Below, one piece after another: positions 27,874 to 41,523 of a stretch of 64,000 nucleotides of DNA. Source of the stretch: Octopus vulgaris (lineage: Eukaryota); contig OX597815.1 in NCBI GenBank assembly GCA_951406725.2, positions 108,562,001-108,626,000 of the forward strand, given 5' to 3'. Position numbers and translations under genes: made by a program. How positions within the stretch are numbered: position 1 is the stretch's first letter; every line of letters begins with the position of its first letter. Under the pieces are notes generated by a model that saw only the letters and a program-made list of their open reading frames with translations, had not been told where the DNA came from and searched no databases.

Positions 27874-29074
27874 AAAAAGAAGTTTACCTTACGATAATTA
27901 CCGTCTATGGTAACAGAAAGGCCGAAATGTCTAAAAAAATTTTTGAGTTCTTTTCTGTATCTTTCAATCTCAACTTTAGTACAGTTTTTTGATAGGAAAA
28001 AAGTATCGTCTCTGCACAGATCTCCTGTTATCTTTGGGAATTCTGATTTGACTTGGGATAATAGGTAGATTCCAACGATATCCGAAACCTCAGCCGAATC
28101 GCTTGATCCCATTGTTATATCAAAAGAATTTGGCCTATCTCGTCCATATTTTGTTATTGTAACTAATAACAGTTCGATGAGCTGATAGGATTATGTCCAT
28201 GTCTTCTCTAGATAACCTAGTTTACATTGCGAAAATAAGAGCTTTATTTAATACTATTGGATTAATGGTTGAGTAGAAACTATCTATATCCAATTTTATA
28301 AATTTAGATATTTTATTTTTCTCCGCTCTTAAAAACCATTCTATGACTTCTTGAGTGCAAGACCACAAAAAAAGCCAAATTTTAGCTTTTAGCACTAGTA
28401 TTGTTTTTTCCAGTATGTTTTTACTAATACGCCCAATGTCCAATTAAGTCTCATTTTAGGGTCATTTTCAAAATTATTTTTGTGGTCTTTTAGGTTAATC
28501 TTGATTTTTTGGTGGGTATATGGTTCAGTACGATCATCAATCCCTAGCTTTCCTACTATTTCTAATCCATTTTTATTTATTTTATCTAAAGTGTGCTGGG
28601 TGCCTGTTTGTATTTGCTGAGTATTTCATTTCTTAGTAAACAGTTGTAAAGTGCATTGTCTACAATATAAAGATTGCCGGTTTTATCCACTGGCACAATT
28701 ATTCTTTTTGTTTCTTTAAAGATCTTCAATGTTTTACTCAGTGTCTGCTGATGTTTATTTCTCTTTGCTGGGTACTTCCTGAATTTCAGATTACGTATTA
28801 TTTTGTATAGATCTTCCTCAAATGGTGCTATGTGATGATTTGCAGGCGGATTCCTTGGTGATTTAAATACTTTCTTGAACACGTTCGTATGTATCGTTTG
28901 GTCCTCTGTTTTGTTTTCTTTGTCGTAGAAGAATACTTTCCATCTCATTCTTCTAATGAAGGAGCTTGTACTGGCTGTTATTAGCTTTAAATATTCATTT
29001 TTGGATGGAATTCGGATGTCTTTTAGCGAGAAATTTAGATTTAGCTTCTCTATCCTTTTGACCCTAAATAGCAC
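27874..29074 (-). mobile_element. Penelope-like element, Naiad-type, N-terminus plus RT (frameshifted, 3'-truncated)
   Basis: NFSLKDIRIPSKNEYLK...FIRRMRWKVFFY...PFEEDL...VDKTGNLY; LKDHKNNFENDPKMRL; DIGRISKNIL...VIEWF...FIKLDIDSFY; FDITMGSSDSAEVSDIVGIYLL...CRDD...FGLSVTI..KVNF. These match the Naiad RT motif series. Confidence 0.85.
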
Positions 29075-29269
29075 TAATATAAAAAACGACTTCGACTAAT
29101 CATTTGGTTTTTGTCATAGTCAGTTGAGGTGTGTTCTGTTAAGAACGTATAAGAGTACAAATAGATCACGTTCACCCTTAGAATTACCAAATAGCTGGTA
29201 GTATTCTTATGGTATACTACCAATGCTAGTCTTAGGTATTCCTCGTGTGTGAAATAAAAAGTAAAAAGT

Positions 29270-29430
29270 AAAACAGTGAAAATATCGTATGCAACATCTT
29301 ACAACATGGAGTACTACATACATAAATACAACAACCAGAAATTGAACACACAAGCAACGTCTGCTGGTAGAGAACAAACAGATCAAAGCTACTCAGAATT
29401 TAACACCAATAACCAAAATAAACTACAGGT
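29270..29430 (+). mobile_element. Inverted fragment of the downstream (thumb/linker) part of a Naiad PLE
   Basis: TVKISYATSYNMEYYIHKYNNQKL resembles the Naiad motif TVKxSYSCxxNMxxIIxxHNxKxL; it is antisense to the adjacent RT. Confidence 0.55.
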
Positions 29431-29499
29431 AGACTGCAAAATCTCATGGTGCCCCAGCATGACCGCAGCCTTCGGGCTAAAACATTTTTAAGGATTTAA

Positions 29500-29535
<36 letters not shown>

Positions 29536-29539
29536 TCAT

Positions 29540-29707
29540 ATATACAACGGGCTTCTTTCAGTTTCCGTCTGCCAAATCCACTCACAAGGCTTTGGCCGGC
29601 CCGAGGATACAGTGGAAGACACTTGCCCAAGGTCCCACACAGTGGGAATGAACCCGGAACCATGTGGTTGGTTAGCAAGCTACATACCACACAGCCATTC
29701 CTTCGCC
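29540..29707 (-). mobile_element. SINE family A head (reverse)
   Basis: gggcttctttcagtttccgtctgccaaatccactcacaaggc...ccacacagccattccttcgcc. Confidence 0.85.
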
Positions 29708-29780
29708 TATGTACATATATTTTTTATATATATGCACGTATATGTATATGTGTCTGCATGTGAGTGTATGTGTGTGTGTG

Positions 29781-29812
<32 letters not shown>

Positions 29813-30201
29813 TGTATGTATGTATGTGTGTATAGAAACACTCAGTGATGTATGGTATATTGGTGTGTAAGTGATTGTATAAGTATGAGCTAATGGATGA
29901 ATGTATTTTGTGTAATGTTACAGTTTGGCATGTGCAGAATAACATTTTGAAACTGAATAAATAAACAGACAACGTGCACATTGCAGCTCATGTCAAACCA
30001 AATAACAGACTCACACCGAGCGAATTGAAACCGTCAGCATTTGTTAGTTTCAAAGGAGCCATGGATGTTGTAGCATGGAAATCTAGATTTACTCACAGAG
30101 ACAGCAATTAAATATCACCTGAGAATATACATATGGATCTTCTTATACAGGTAAATCATTACATAATTTAATTTAAATTTAAATTTAAATCCTGTATATA
30201 T

Positions 30202-30372
30202 AGGCACAGGAGTGGCTGTGTGGTAAGTAGCTTGCTAACCAACCACATGGTTGCGGGTTCAGTCCCACTGCGTGGCATCTTGGGCAAGTGTCTTCTGCTA
30301 TAGACCCGGGCCGACCAATGCCTTGTGAGTGGATTTGGTAGATGGAAACTGAAAGAAGCCTGTCGTATATAA

Positions 30373-30422
<50 letters not shown>

Positions 30423-30630
30423 TTGTGTGTCTGTGTTTGTCCCTCTAGCATTGCTTGACAATCGATGCTGGTGTGTTTACGTCCCCGCCACTTAGCGGTT
30501 CGGCAAAAGCGACCGATGGAGTAAGTACTGGGCTTACAAAGAATAAGTTCTGGGGTCGATTTGCTCGACTAAAGGCGGTGCTCCAGCATGGCCACAGTCA
30601 AATGACTGAAACAAGTAAAAGAGTAAAAGA
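30202..30630 (+). mobile_element. SINE family A, well-preserved full-length copy
   Basis: ggcacaggagtggctgtgtggtaag, B-box gggttcagtccc, CpG-rich body, tail gactgaaacaagtaaaagagtaaaagag. Confidence 0.92.
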
Positions 30631-31106
30631 GTATATGAGGATCCATATGTATCAAAACATTTGTAGTGATTATTAAAAAGCTGCCTAACTGTACTTACTT
30701 TCCTTTTGACTCTTTTACTTTTTACTTTTTTATGTATATATGTGTGTCTTTGTGTGTATATATGCATATGTATATAGCAACCTCAAGGAGAAGAGAAAAT
30801 ATGTGAGTATATACATATATAGTGGTAAATAAAAGAAATTAGAAGTAAAAATAAACATAAAGCTAAAAATATGACAAAAATCAAACAAACCAAACGTCAA
30901 TACTAAAAGAAAAAATTAAAGATGTGATGGGGATAGAATTGAGGGTGCAGCTGGCATAGATGCTTGGTTAAGAAGCTTTCTCACCAACCATGTGGTTTCA
31001 GGTTCAATCCAACTACTTGGTACCATGTGGCACAAGTGTCTTCTATTACAGACACATACTGTGATTGGATCTGGTAGCTGAGAACTGTAGAGAAAATGGT
31101 GATATA

Positions 31107-31321
31107 TTCTTTTCTGCTCTAGGCACAAGGCCTGAAACTTTTGGAGAGGGGCCAGTCGATAAGATCGACTCCAGTATGCAACTGGTACTTAATTTATCGA
31201 TCCCAAAAGGATGAAAGGCAAAACTGACCTCAGCAGAATTTGAACTCAGAACATAATGACAGATGAAATACCACAAAGTATTTCACCAGGCATGCTAACA
31301 TTTCTGCTATCTTGCTGCCTT
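31107..31321 (-). mobile_element. SINE family B (reverse)
   Basis: ctggtacttaatttatcgatcccaaaaggatgaaaggcaaa...gaatttgaactcag. Confidence 0.85.
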
Positions 31322-32018
31322 AAAATTGTTACATATTACAGATATAATGTTTTAGCTAGTAAACTCTGATTTCAATAATCCAATAGCCCTTTAATTATTT
31401 TTTTTATTTATGACCAAATATTGATACATTTGTTAAATTATCAAATCTGTGAAATATAACAACTTTCACACACACATGCACACATATTTATACATTCTTA
31501 CAAAATGATATAAGACGTTCAGTATAATCAAAAGGTTGAATGCCACAAGAATATATATATAGAGAGAAGCTTTATTTCATATATAGCACTTTATATTACC
31601 TAGTTCTTTAGTTTGGAGCTATCCTTTCCCACCTTAATATTGCTTTCAAGGGTACAACATTTTCATTGCCAGAAGATTTTGTAGTTATGTAAATATGCGT
31701 AATACTTTTCTTAGTGACTGCGAAATTTGGAAAATCAACATTCACACATATTTATGAACACAAACACACTCACATGTCTGTATATTTATTTCAACTGTTT
31801 TTTGACTGTCAGTTTCCAGTCCAACATTCTAATAGAAGACACTCAAGGCAGCATGCAGTGAGATTGAACCCTAACCCATATGGTTAGGAAAAAATCTTCT
31901 TAACCACTGAGCCATATCTGCCTCTATGCAGTGAGAAGGAATACAAAACCATATGTTTCAGAAGCAGACACCTTAACCATACAACCATATGCATGTGTGT
32001 GTGTGTGTGTGTGTGCGC

Positions 32019-32056
<38 letters not shown>

Positions 32057-33229
32057 ATGTGTGTGTATGTATATGCATCCATGCGTGTGTTTATGTCTGT
32101 ACACACATGCTCATTTATATGTTATATCAAGTTAAAAAATTCTCCAGCCAAGAATTTTTCTTATTTTCATATTAGCTCTTTCTGTTTAATTTGGAACATT
32201 ACTGTTCTTAAGTACATTAATGCTCCAAGACCTTAATGGACAAATCTCGATGTAATAGTGATAGTGGTACAATGATGCCACTTTTGATTGTAGCTAGCAA
32301 GGCATCACCAGAAAAAATGCTGATACCAAAAATAAAAAAATCAACATCAGATTAAAATTAGTTTAATGGTCAACTCCTGGGTTGCTATCACAGTATATTT
32401 CATATGTACAGCATCTGTGCGTTGATTTTTGGTTTGTATTTTGGCTATTAATAAACTTCCATGAATTGTATTCTAGTTTACTTAATGGAATTCTATATAT
32501 GCTGGTAGTGCTATCAGCTAATGTTTTTCTATCTACTCATAGTTTTGTTTAATGTTCTGTATTATAATGCACAGTAATGGCTTCTTGTTGTAAATGCATG
32601 GTCAACCAATGAGAAAGTGTCATACTTGTGTTTCTAACATAAAAGTTTGGGTCATGAACATTGCAACTTTTACATTTACATTGAGGTATATATATATATC
32701 ATTAGTTGTCTGATGTACATTCTATGGCTTTCAGGTTTTTAATTCTGTTTTGTAATATATTCTGTAAGTTTGTGGTTAGATATGATACTTGTCGTGTTCA
32801 GCTTTATGAGTTATTTTATGACATATTCATCTGTTTTATAACTAAAAAGTATTTGGTTCATATAGCATACTTTTTCCATGCTTCATGTAGCCTTCTACCT
32901 GGCCAGCTCTTGTCAACTGTCCTACCCATGCCTGCATGGAAGACAGACGTTAAATGATGATTATTCTTCAGTGGGTGAATTTGTCTGTCATTCTACAAGT
33001 TGGTGTACCATCATCATCAACCCTTGAACATTACAGTCTCAGGACCTAGGACTCATAGGGACAGTTACCTGTTTTCCATGGTGTATAAGTAACCAAGATC
33101 ACAATATTCCTTTGAATGGGATGCCAATCAATGGCAGAGTTTCTCATTTAAAGCTGAAAGAACTGGAGTAGTTTTTTTTTTTTTGCTTAAGAACAGAATG
33201 CACCTCCCAGTAATGTAATAGTGATAGAG

Positions 33230-34381
33230 ATGCTGAGGTATGCTTTTGGTGACATACAAAGTGGTGTCAAATTCCAGTTTTGAACAAGTGGTGGACTATT
33301 CAATCATCAGTGATTCAAAGTTAGAACACTGCTATGCACTAGTATTATTCATGATCTACCTTTTGCAGATAATGTTGCACTAGTAATGACTTCCTTAGAG
33401 GAAACTTGGGAACTTCTAGACTGGTTTTCTGCTGCATGTAAAGCCTTTGGTTTGACCATCAGTATAAAGAAAATGGAAGTAATCCACCAACCTTGACTTA
33501 CTCCTCAGCAAATTCAAGGAGTCAGCAGAGGCCATTGGTTCACAATTTTCCTGACACTCCTATACAGGTTGATGGGAAAAACCTAAATTATGTGAAGTCA
33601 TTTATTTATATTGGTAGTAAAGTGAATTCGAGTGCCTCCCTTGATGATGAAATCGTCAACTCTCTTGCAAAGGCAATTGACACATTTAGCAAACTCTGTC
33701 ATTGCCTATGGAATGAAAGGAGCTTCAAAGTTGACACCAAAGTACAAGTCTATAAAGCTGCCATTCATTCTACTCTTTTGTATGGCTCAGATTCATGAAT
33801 ATCCTATAGATGACACATTAACCAACTAGGCATCTTCCACAAAGGCTGTCTAAGGACAATCTGCGGTTACTCACTAAAAGACAGAGTTTCTAATGCCAAC
33901 CTGTTTAGCAAATGTAAAATTGGTAGAATTGAGAGTTCCTTATGCAATCACAATTGTGCTGGACTGGGCATGTCATCAGAATGAGTTATGAAAGAATACC
34001 TGAAGTCCTCATGTACAGCCAGCATGAAAGTGGGCACAGGAATGTTGATCGACTATGGGTCAGATATAAGGACAAGCTGAAGAGTAACCTCTTAGAAATG
34101 AACATAGCTTACAACACCTTTGAGCAAACAAAGTGGAGATCATTGTGTCAAAATGATATTAGAAACCAGCATTAACAGGCTTTGAGGTGCAAGGCAAAGG
34201 AGAAAAGTAGCTGCAAATATATCATCTGCATTGAGCTGAAATCCTCACTTGCAGTGTCGGTAGGCTTTCTTGCAAATTGTTGGTGGGACTTAAATGTCAC
34301 ATTCAACATAAGAATTATGACTGACAGAGAAAGACTAGGCTGTCAGATCCTCATATGTCCAAACCAACAAGAGAGTCCATC

Positions 34382-34382
<1 letters not shown>
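33230..34382 (+). mobile_element. RTE-clade LINE, 5'-truncated and decayed (RT C-terminal half plus zinc-finger remnant)
   Basis: HDLPFADNVAL...FSAACKAFGLTISIKK...SFIYIGS...SLDDEI...TKVQVYKA...TLLYGSDS...QLCWTGHVIRMSYERIP...RYKDKLK; several stops and frameshifts. Confidence 0.9.
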
Positions 34383-34474
<92 letters not shown>

Positions 34475-34475
<1 letters not shown>

Positions 34476-34657
34476 GAGAAACCTGGATTATTATAATATT
34501 TTATAACATATTATAATATATTTATTTTGTAAAAATATTATAATATGTTATAAAATATTATAATAATCCAGGTTTCTCGAGCACTAGGCCACTTTGGTGT
34601 TGAATAAATATACTATTAAATTAGTATCTAATTCTCTCACCCTTATTAATTAATTAT
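34475..34657. repeat. 45-bp-arm hairpin plus conserved terminus, embedded in (TA)n
   Basis: 34475-34519 is the reverse complement of 34535-34579; the element ends cacccttattaattaattata. Confidence 0.85.
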
Positions 34658-35411
34658 ATATATATATATATATATAAATGCATACATACATAATACATAC
34701 ATACATACATACATACATGCATACATATATATATATACATACGATGTGTATTCATAGTGAATGTATATTGTTATGTGATGATTGATGATTTAAAGTCTAT
34801 TCTCAGCATATTGGCATAGAAATCTATTTTCTCTTGCGGTTGTTTATAATTTTCACCTTTAAAAATATTTTAATATGCTGGACATTTAGATGGAATTTTG
34901 GGGGAAAAAATATTATCCTATATTAGAAGTCTATATATACATATATACATACCATGAAAAAACATAAAGAATGGAGTTTGCAAATTGTATTTATTACTTA
35001 ATTTATAATTGTTTTGTCAATTATTGTTATTACAAATCTTGAAGTACATTGTTGCCATATTGACAATTACCAATTTATTTCCATGCACCATGCAATTCCT
35101 TCTTTACTTCACATGGAGGAATCAACTCCTCAGAATACCACAGAAAGCAACATGGCAGCTGATTTTTGAGTTTCACTGTTTAGTGCCCTTACGTTTATTG
35201 ATGTACACACATACTCCTTTACTCTTAACTGTTTCATTCTTTGGACTGTTGCCACACTGGGACACCCCACTGAAGGGTTATAATTGTACAAATCACCCCT
35301 TGTATGTTTTAAAGCCTGGTACTTATTCTATCAGTATCTTTTGCTGAACTGTTAAGTCATGTAAACATAAACAAAACTCCTTTTGTCAAACAATAGTGGG
35401 AGACACAGAGA

Positions 35412-35452
<41 letters not shown>

Positions 35453-35609
35453 GCACACAAATATATATATGAAGAGAGAATGTGGCTAGGAGCGAAAGAA
35501 GAAGTAGGTATTAGAGGAAGAGAGGAGAGGAGAGGTGAGGAGGAGTGAAGAGAGGAAGTAGGTGTCAGATGAAGAGAGGAGAAGAGGGGAGTCAGATGAA
35601 GAGAGGAGG

Positions 35610-35885
35610 GGAGTTGAGCCCATTTGGTGCAAAGAGAGAAGATTAAATCCTTTTCACAGCAAAGACGGGAGTCCGGATGGCCCCTGTGCAAAGACAAACC
35701 TAACCCAGATAGGTGTTGTAGTGAATGACCGGTAGAGTGGAAATGGCATGAGACCAGAGTGTCATTGCTGAGTCTGATGTCTCGGAGGTGCTCTGTGAAC
35801 CGGTCAGCCAAGTGGCATCCTGTTTGACTGATGTACAGAGAAGGGCAGAAAGAGCAGGAAATGTAGTAAATGATGCTACTAGAAT
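35610..35885 (-). mobile_element. PLE GIY-YIG endonuclease remnant (Neptune-like)
   Basis: SSSIIYYISCSFCPSLYISQTGCHLADRFTEHLRDIR...VSCHFHSTGHS...EKDLIFSL: xIY-CxxC-YIG, RxxEH and HF motifs. Confidence 0.85.
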
Positions 35886-36927
35886 GTTGTTATATGTATA
35901 TGTGCATGTACGTGTGTGTGTGTGTGTGTGTGTGTATTTCCTCAGTAACAAGCCACTAATTATTTTGAACAAAATCACCAGTTAAAAATAAATAATAAAT
36001 GAAAACCATTTTGATTATTTTGAAAATTATAAAAAGAAAACATAGACCTATAATATAACAAGAACATTTTGCTTTTCAAAAGACTAAACAAAATTAAAAC
36101 CTAACAATTTGTAATTTTGTTGAGATGAAATCAAAAATCAGATTATTCAACCTAATTAATAAGTTAATTAGTGAGAAAGGCTATTCAATGACTAATGGCA
36201 TTGACTTAAAGAATTAGAGATTTCATTTCCAGGTTCAATGAATAGCACTATAATTTGAATATTCTTTTTTGTTTTTATCACAGTTTTCAGGTTTACAAAA
36301 CCTGTTTGTCATTAAAATTTACTGTGTAGTATTACTGTGAAAACAGCAACATGAAAGAAAGAAGGAAAGAAGAAAATAATGAAAAAAAAAAAGAACAAGC
36401 AAAATTATGTGAAGAGCAGATGAAGATTTGCTACGTCGACATATTTAAGAAAATTAAATACAATGAAATGATGCTTGAAGAATGATAAAGATTTTATTAC
36501 ATCGAAAGATTCAATGTTTTTATTACCTACTGTAGTAGTTATCTATTTTTTGTCTAACTGTATTTTTGTATTTGGCTTTTTGTTTAAGTGATAAAAATTT
36601 TAATTCATTTGTATTTCTTCCTTCCATAGATAATCTTAACTGTTGTATTCCCAAGTATTTATAACTGTATTTAAAGTATAAATGTAGTTTTATTTGTAAA
36701 ATAAAATTTGATGCAACTGTTATTTTTAGTGTTTGAAATAGAAGACAAGTGATCTGAATATTAGGAATTAAAAATTTACGGTGAAAAGAATAATATATAG
36801 TATTATATCTTGTACAGAGTTATGTGGTATAACAAGAGAGCTCTTGAAGAATTAATTCTATGTTGCAGTTTTGAATCAAGAATCTATTTCAATTCATTTA
36901 TATTGTGAATGTTATATAATGCTCTTA

Positions 36928-37345
36928 AGGCAGAGAGCTGGCAGAATCGTTAGCACACGGCTAAGCATTTTTCTTAGTAGCACTATGTTCTGGGTTCAAA
37001 TGCTGCCAGGTTTGTCTTTGATTTTCATCCTTTCAAGGTCGATCAAATAAGTACTAGTTGATCACAGGGGTCTATTTAATCGATTTGCCCCTCCCCCAAA
37101 ATTGCTGGCCTTGTGCCAACATTTGAACCCAATATTATTAGTGCTCTTTAGCATGCCATGCAAAATGCTTAGTGGCATCACATTCAACTTTACATTCTGA
37201 GTTCAAAGTCTGCCGAGGTCGACTTTGCCTCTCATTCTTTCATGGTTGATAAAATAAACCCAGTTGAGCACTGGGTTCGAGGTAATCAACTTATGCCCTC
37301 CCCCCAAATTGCTGGCCTTGTGCCAAAATTTAAGGCCAATATTAT
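36928..37345 (+). mobile_element. Two tandem SINE family B copies
   Basis: About 36928-37135 and 37150-37345, each with B-box, core and gctggccttgtgccaa tail. Confidence 0.8.
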
Positions 37346-38061
37346 TACTCTTATTTTGGCTTTGGTCACTCCTATGATCAAACATGCATTAGTCATTACT
37401 CTATATCTTTTTCCCTTCTTTCTTTGTCAGGCATCATGGATCTAAGACTACATAATCCAATGTAATCTTAGATATCATCTTTCCTAAAACAGTAAGGTTT
37501 GATTTAAGGGTAATTTGACTGCTGTTTTTAACTGGATGAAACTACATACAGAGCTACCTCTGTTCTGTAAAGAGTGTTATATATAACATTTAACATTATA
37601 TTAGTGTTTAAATGCAGCCTTGTTTATGAGATGTACTTAATTTTTATCGGGATCTTGATATGGTTTCCTCAACAGTGTCAATGTGATCAGGAAATATATG
37701 GATATCACAGCTTATAAGTTCCCCATTCATAAATAGATAACAGGATAAAGCAATTAATTATATCATCACACTAACGAATATGTCCTAATAATAACTCACA
37801 GTATTGGACCACTGGTTCTCTTATGATTTTTGGTCTCCCTAACATTTCTAATATTCACTTGGAATAGAGACATTTAACTTACCATACACACAGTCATGGC
37901 TGTGTGGTAAAAAGTTTACGTTTCGACCACATAGTAATGTGTTCATTCCCACTGCATGGCACTTTGAGTAATTATCTTCTAGTATAACCTCAGGTGGATC
38001 AAAGCCTTGTAAGGGAATTTGGTAGATGGAAATAGAAAAAAAAGCATCTATTATATATAGG

Positions 38062-38118
<57 letters not shown>

Positions 38119-38214
38119 CTTTTGTAAAAATCCGAAAGAAGAAGCACACTCTAAGATGTAGAGCAGTATATATAAAAAATGTGGAAGGCCAGTAATCCCA
38201 TAAACTGGTCTTCC

Positions 38215-38340
<126 letters not shown>

Positions 38341-38399
38341 AACTTACTTGGAAAAGGATGCGTGGCATTTGATCATACAATGATATAAATATTGTATAA

Positions 38400-38806
38400 A
38401 TATATGCATATATACATACATATATGTACATACCTACATATATATATATACATGCATATATGGGTACAGGACATCAGAAAAACGTTGAACACAATGAGAA
38501 ACGAAAAGTTTTATTTAATTTGCTTTGCAGGAAGGACTGTTTCAATGAAGTCATGCCTTGTCCTTGCCTTCAAAATGTGTAGTAGTTGAAACAGGGACAA
38601 CTGAAGAAGGGGAATGTTCTTTATGTTGTATGTCTCATTTCTCTGTTTGTTTTTTCGTTGTCTGAAAAAAAGTTCGTTTCTACATTTTTGTTTTTATGTT
38701 TTCGTTTCTCATTGTGTTCAAGTTCTTTTTGATGTCCTGTACCCATATATGCATGTATATATGCATATATATATGTAGGTATGTACATATATGTATGTAT
38801 ATATGC
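38400..38806 (+). mobile_element. Short PLE-like fold-back element (same family as 26290-26675)
   Basis: Arms of about 100 bp (gggtacaggacatc...caatgagaaacgaaaa and its reverse complement) flank a core with ccttcaaaa...ctgaagaagggg. Confidence 0.7.
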
Positions 38807-38866
38807 TTATGTTTATATATTATTTATATTATATATACATATATACATATATGTATACATATATAC

Positions 38867-38917
<51 letters not shown>

Positions 38918-38919
<2 letters not shown>

Positions 38920-39180
38920 GTCATTACTGATGCATATACATCAGTAATGACTTTCCCACAGGTATTGTCTTCCCTGTATATTGCACAAATGTAATTCGTT
39001 TATTTCCAATAAACTGCATTTTATATATGAGGCTCCAATGAAGCTGTAGATATTATTCAGGCATTCAGCTATGAGTTAACTGCATCTTATAGCAGGAGTG
39101 GGCATAAGCTAATGAAGTTCATAATGCATCCATTGACTGTCCTGTATCATCTCTTTCTTATTACTGTTCTATACTCATCA
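38918..39180 (+). mobile_element. Short PLE-like element with a 5' 15-bp hairpin and a decayed hammerhead
   Basis: aagtcattactgatg-catata-catcagtaatgactt right after (TA)n; ggct|ccaatga|agctgtaga...tcttatagc...ta|agct at 39031-39110. Confidence 0.5.
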
Positions 39181-39209
39181 AACACTTTCTTCTAAAACAT
39201 ACATATATG

Positions 39210-39276
<67 letters not shown>

Positions 39277-39378
39277 ACAGAGTAAGCACATCAATGCGAA
39301 ACAAGGTGGAAAAAATAGTACTTGAATATCAGAGGTAGAGTAATATGCTTTATTAAAAAGCAGCAAAAATATCTCAAA

Positions 39379-39420
39379 AACTGTTACTCAGAGTTTCACA
39401 TTCCTGTTTGTTGGACAGTT
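39379..39420 (-). ncRNA. Decayed minimal type I hammerhead
   Basis: Minus strand AACTGT|CCAACAA|AC aggaat GT|GAAA|CTC t GAG|TA|ACAGTT. Stems I and III intact; the CUGANGA box is eroded. An adjacent hairpin lies at 39415-39465. Confidence 0.55.
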
Positions 39421-39540
39421 TTGTTTAGAATGGAACAATTTTTGTTCCATTCTAAACAAAACTGTTTAGTAAAGTATATACAAACATACATACATACATA
39501 CTTATATATATATATATATATCATCATTATCGTATATAAG

Positions 39541-40295
39541 CATCAGATGTGGTATGCAAGAGAGACAACTGCGCTGGTATGGTAATGTGTTGTGTATGGA
39601 TGAGGACAGCTCTCTGACAAAGTATCAGCCCTAGCAGTTGAAGGAAGCCTTGGGATGAGATGGTGAAGCATGACCTTCAAATTTTGGGCCTCACCAAGGC
39701 GATGACAAGTGACCAAGACCTTTGGAGATATGCTGTGCTTGAGAAGACCCAACCAGCCAAGTGAGACCATAACCGTGGCCTATGCCAGGGCAGCATAACC
39801 AGCCCATTTAAGAGTACCCTTCAATCATTGGGCAATAAACTGCACTTGCAAAGACCTGTTGAGGCAAGTTAAGTCATTGTCATGACCAATAACAGTACTG
39901 TCTGATTGGCACCCATACCGGTGGCATGTAAAAAGCACCATTTGAGTGTGGTCAATGTCAGTGTCACCTGACTGGTCCTGTGCCTGTAGCATGTAAAAAG
40001 CACCATTCAAGCATGATTGTTGCCAGTACTGCCTGACTGGCTCCCATGTCAGTGACACCTAAAAAGCACCATTCGAGCATGGTCGATGCCAGTACCGCCT
40101 GACTGGCCCTCATGTTGGTGGCATGTAAAAAGCACCCACTGCACTCTCGGAGTGGTTGGCGCTAGGAAACGTGTCCAGCTGTAAAAACTTTGCCCGGTTG
40201 GATTGGAGCCTGGTGCAGCATTCCTCCAGTCAAACCATCCACCCCATGCCAGCATGGAAAGTGGATGTTAAACGACGATGACGATGATGATGATG
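39541..40295 (+). mobile_element. RTE LINE 3' end (ORF C-terminus, 3' UTR with internal repeats, (GAT)n tail)
   Basis: IRCGMQERQLRWYGNVLCMDEDS (RRLRWYGHV motif) leads into repeats taaaaagcaccatt and the tail gcatggaaagtggatgttaaacgacgatg. Confidence 0.85.
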
Positions 40296-40589
40296 ATATA
40301 CACATACGTAATCCCCACACACATATATACATATATATGTGTATATATGTATATACATATGTGTGTGTTTGTGTTTGCATTTGTACCTCATCACTACATG
40401 ACAATCGGTGTCGGCTTGTTTGTATTCTAGTAACTTAGCAGTTTGGTCAAAGAGACTGATAGAATAAGTATTAGGTTTTAAAAATATGTACTGAGGTTGA
40501 TGCATTCAACTAAAAAACCTTCAAGGTAGTGCCCTAGCATGGCTGCTGTCCAATGACTGAAGCAAGTCGTCTCATTACAACTAAATTTT

Positions 40590-40952
40590 TGTATCAAGTT
40601 TTGGCACAATGCTAGGAATTTTATCAGCCCCAATGCTTGACTGGTAATTATTTTATCAACACTGAAAGGATGAATGACTGCATCGAATTTTAAATCAGAA
40701 CATGAATATGGATAAAATGCCACTCAGCACTTTGTCCAGCATGCTGACAATACTGCCTGCTTGCTGCTGTGTAACTAATGAATATTCTATTCTACTCTAG
40801 GCACAAGACCAGAAATTTGGCGGGAGGGGGTCAGTCGATTGGATCGATTCCCAGTATGCAACTGGAGGAATTTGAACTCAGAACATAAAGACAGATGAAA
40901 TACTGCTAAGCATTTTGCCTGGCAGGCTAACATTTCTGACAGCTCGCTGCCT
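40590..40952 (-). mobile_element. Two SINE family B copies (reverse)
   Basis: gaaaggatgaa..., gaatttgaactcagaac...ctaagcattttgcc...agctcgctgcc. Confidence 0.7.
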
Positions 40953-41523
40953 TCTAATTAATGAATATTAAGCAAAAAATTACTTGTCTAGCTGTGAACA
41001 GAATTGAAGATTTGTAGAGCATTAACAATACTTTTGTGTTACTAAAATTATGAAAGACTGTTGTTTAATGCGATACTTTGTTCACATAAATATACACATT
41101 TAATTTAGACTGCAGCTTAATACCCTTTATCTTTCTTGGTCAGAATTAATTAGTAAAGCTCATGATCTTTTCCATCTTACTGTAGGCATAATTTGAATTA
41201 ATTAAGAATATTTAGCCCATCCCTGCCCACCACTTATCAATATGAATTCCCTTCTGAGTATACAGTGTTGATTACACATAACAGCATCTCCATGTGTCTC
41301 TTAACTGAAATATTCAAATGTTTATTTCTTTACTCTTTCTGGTATTTGACCATAATTTAATTCTACAGTGGCCAAACCAATGAAAAAGCCTCTGTGTGGT
41401 CAATTGACCTGTTAGCAATAGCAAACAAATATCCCTCAACTCAGAATTAACTGTCTTAAAAAGGGACAAACTGAACAAAAATGTACAAAAGGACAAGAAC
41501 TATACACTACTTATGTAATACTA

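Noticed and set aside
28440-29074. Selenocysteine read-through in the Naiad ORF
   Set aside because: The break at 28586 is a TAG reached after a frameshift. No conserved in-frame TGA or SECIS could be identified, and the 3' part is missing.
29075-29270. Hammerhead upstream of the Naiad ORF
   Set aside because: A hairpin (tggtagtat/atactacca) is present, but no CUGANGA plus GAAA core was found in the right arrangement.
30202-30275. tRNA genes at SINE heads
   Set aside because: A/B boxes are present but no complete cloverleaf; they continue into SINE bodies.
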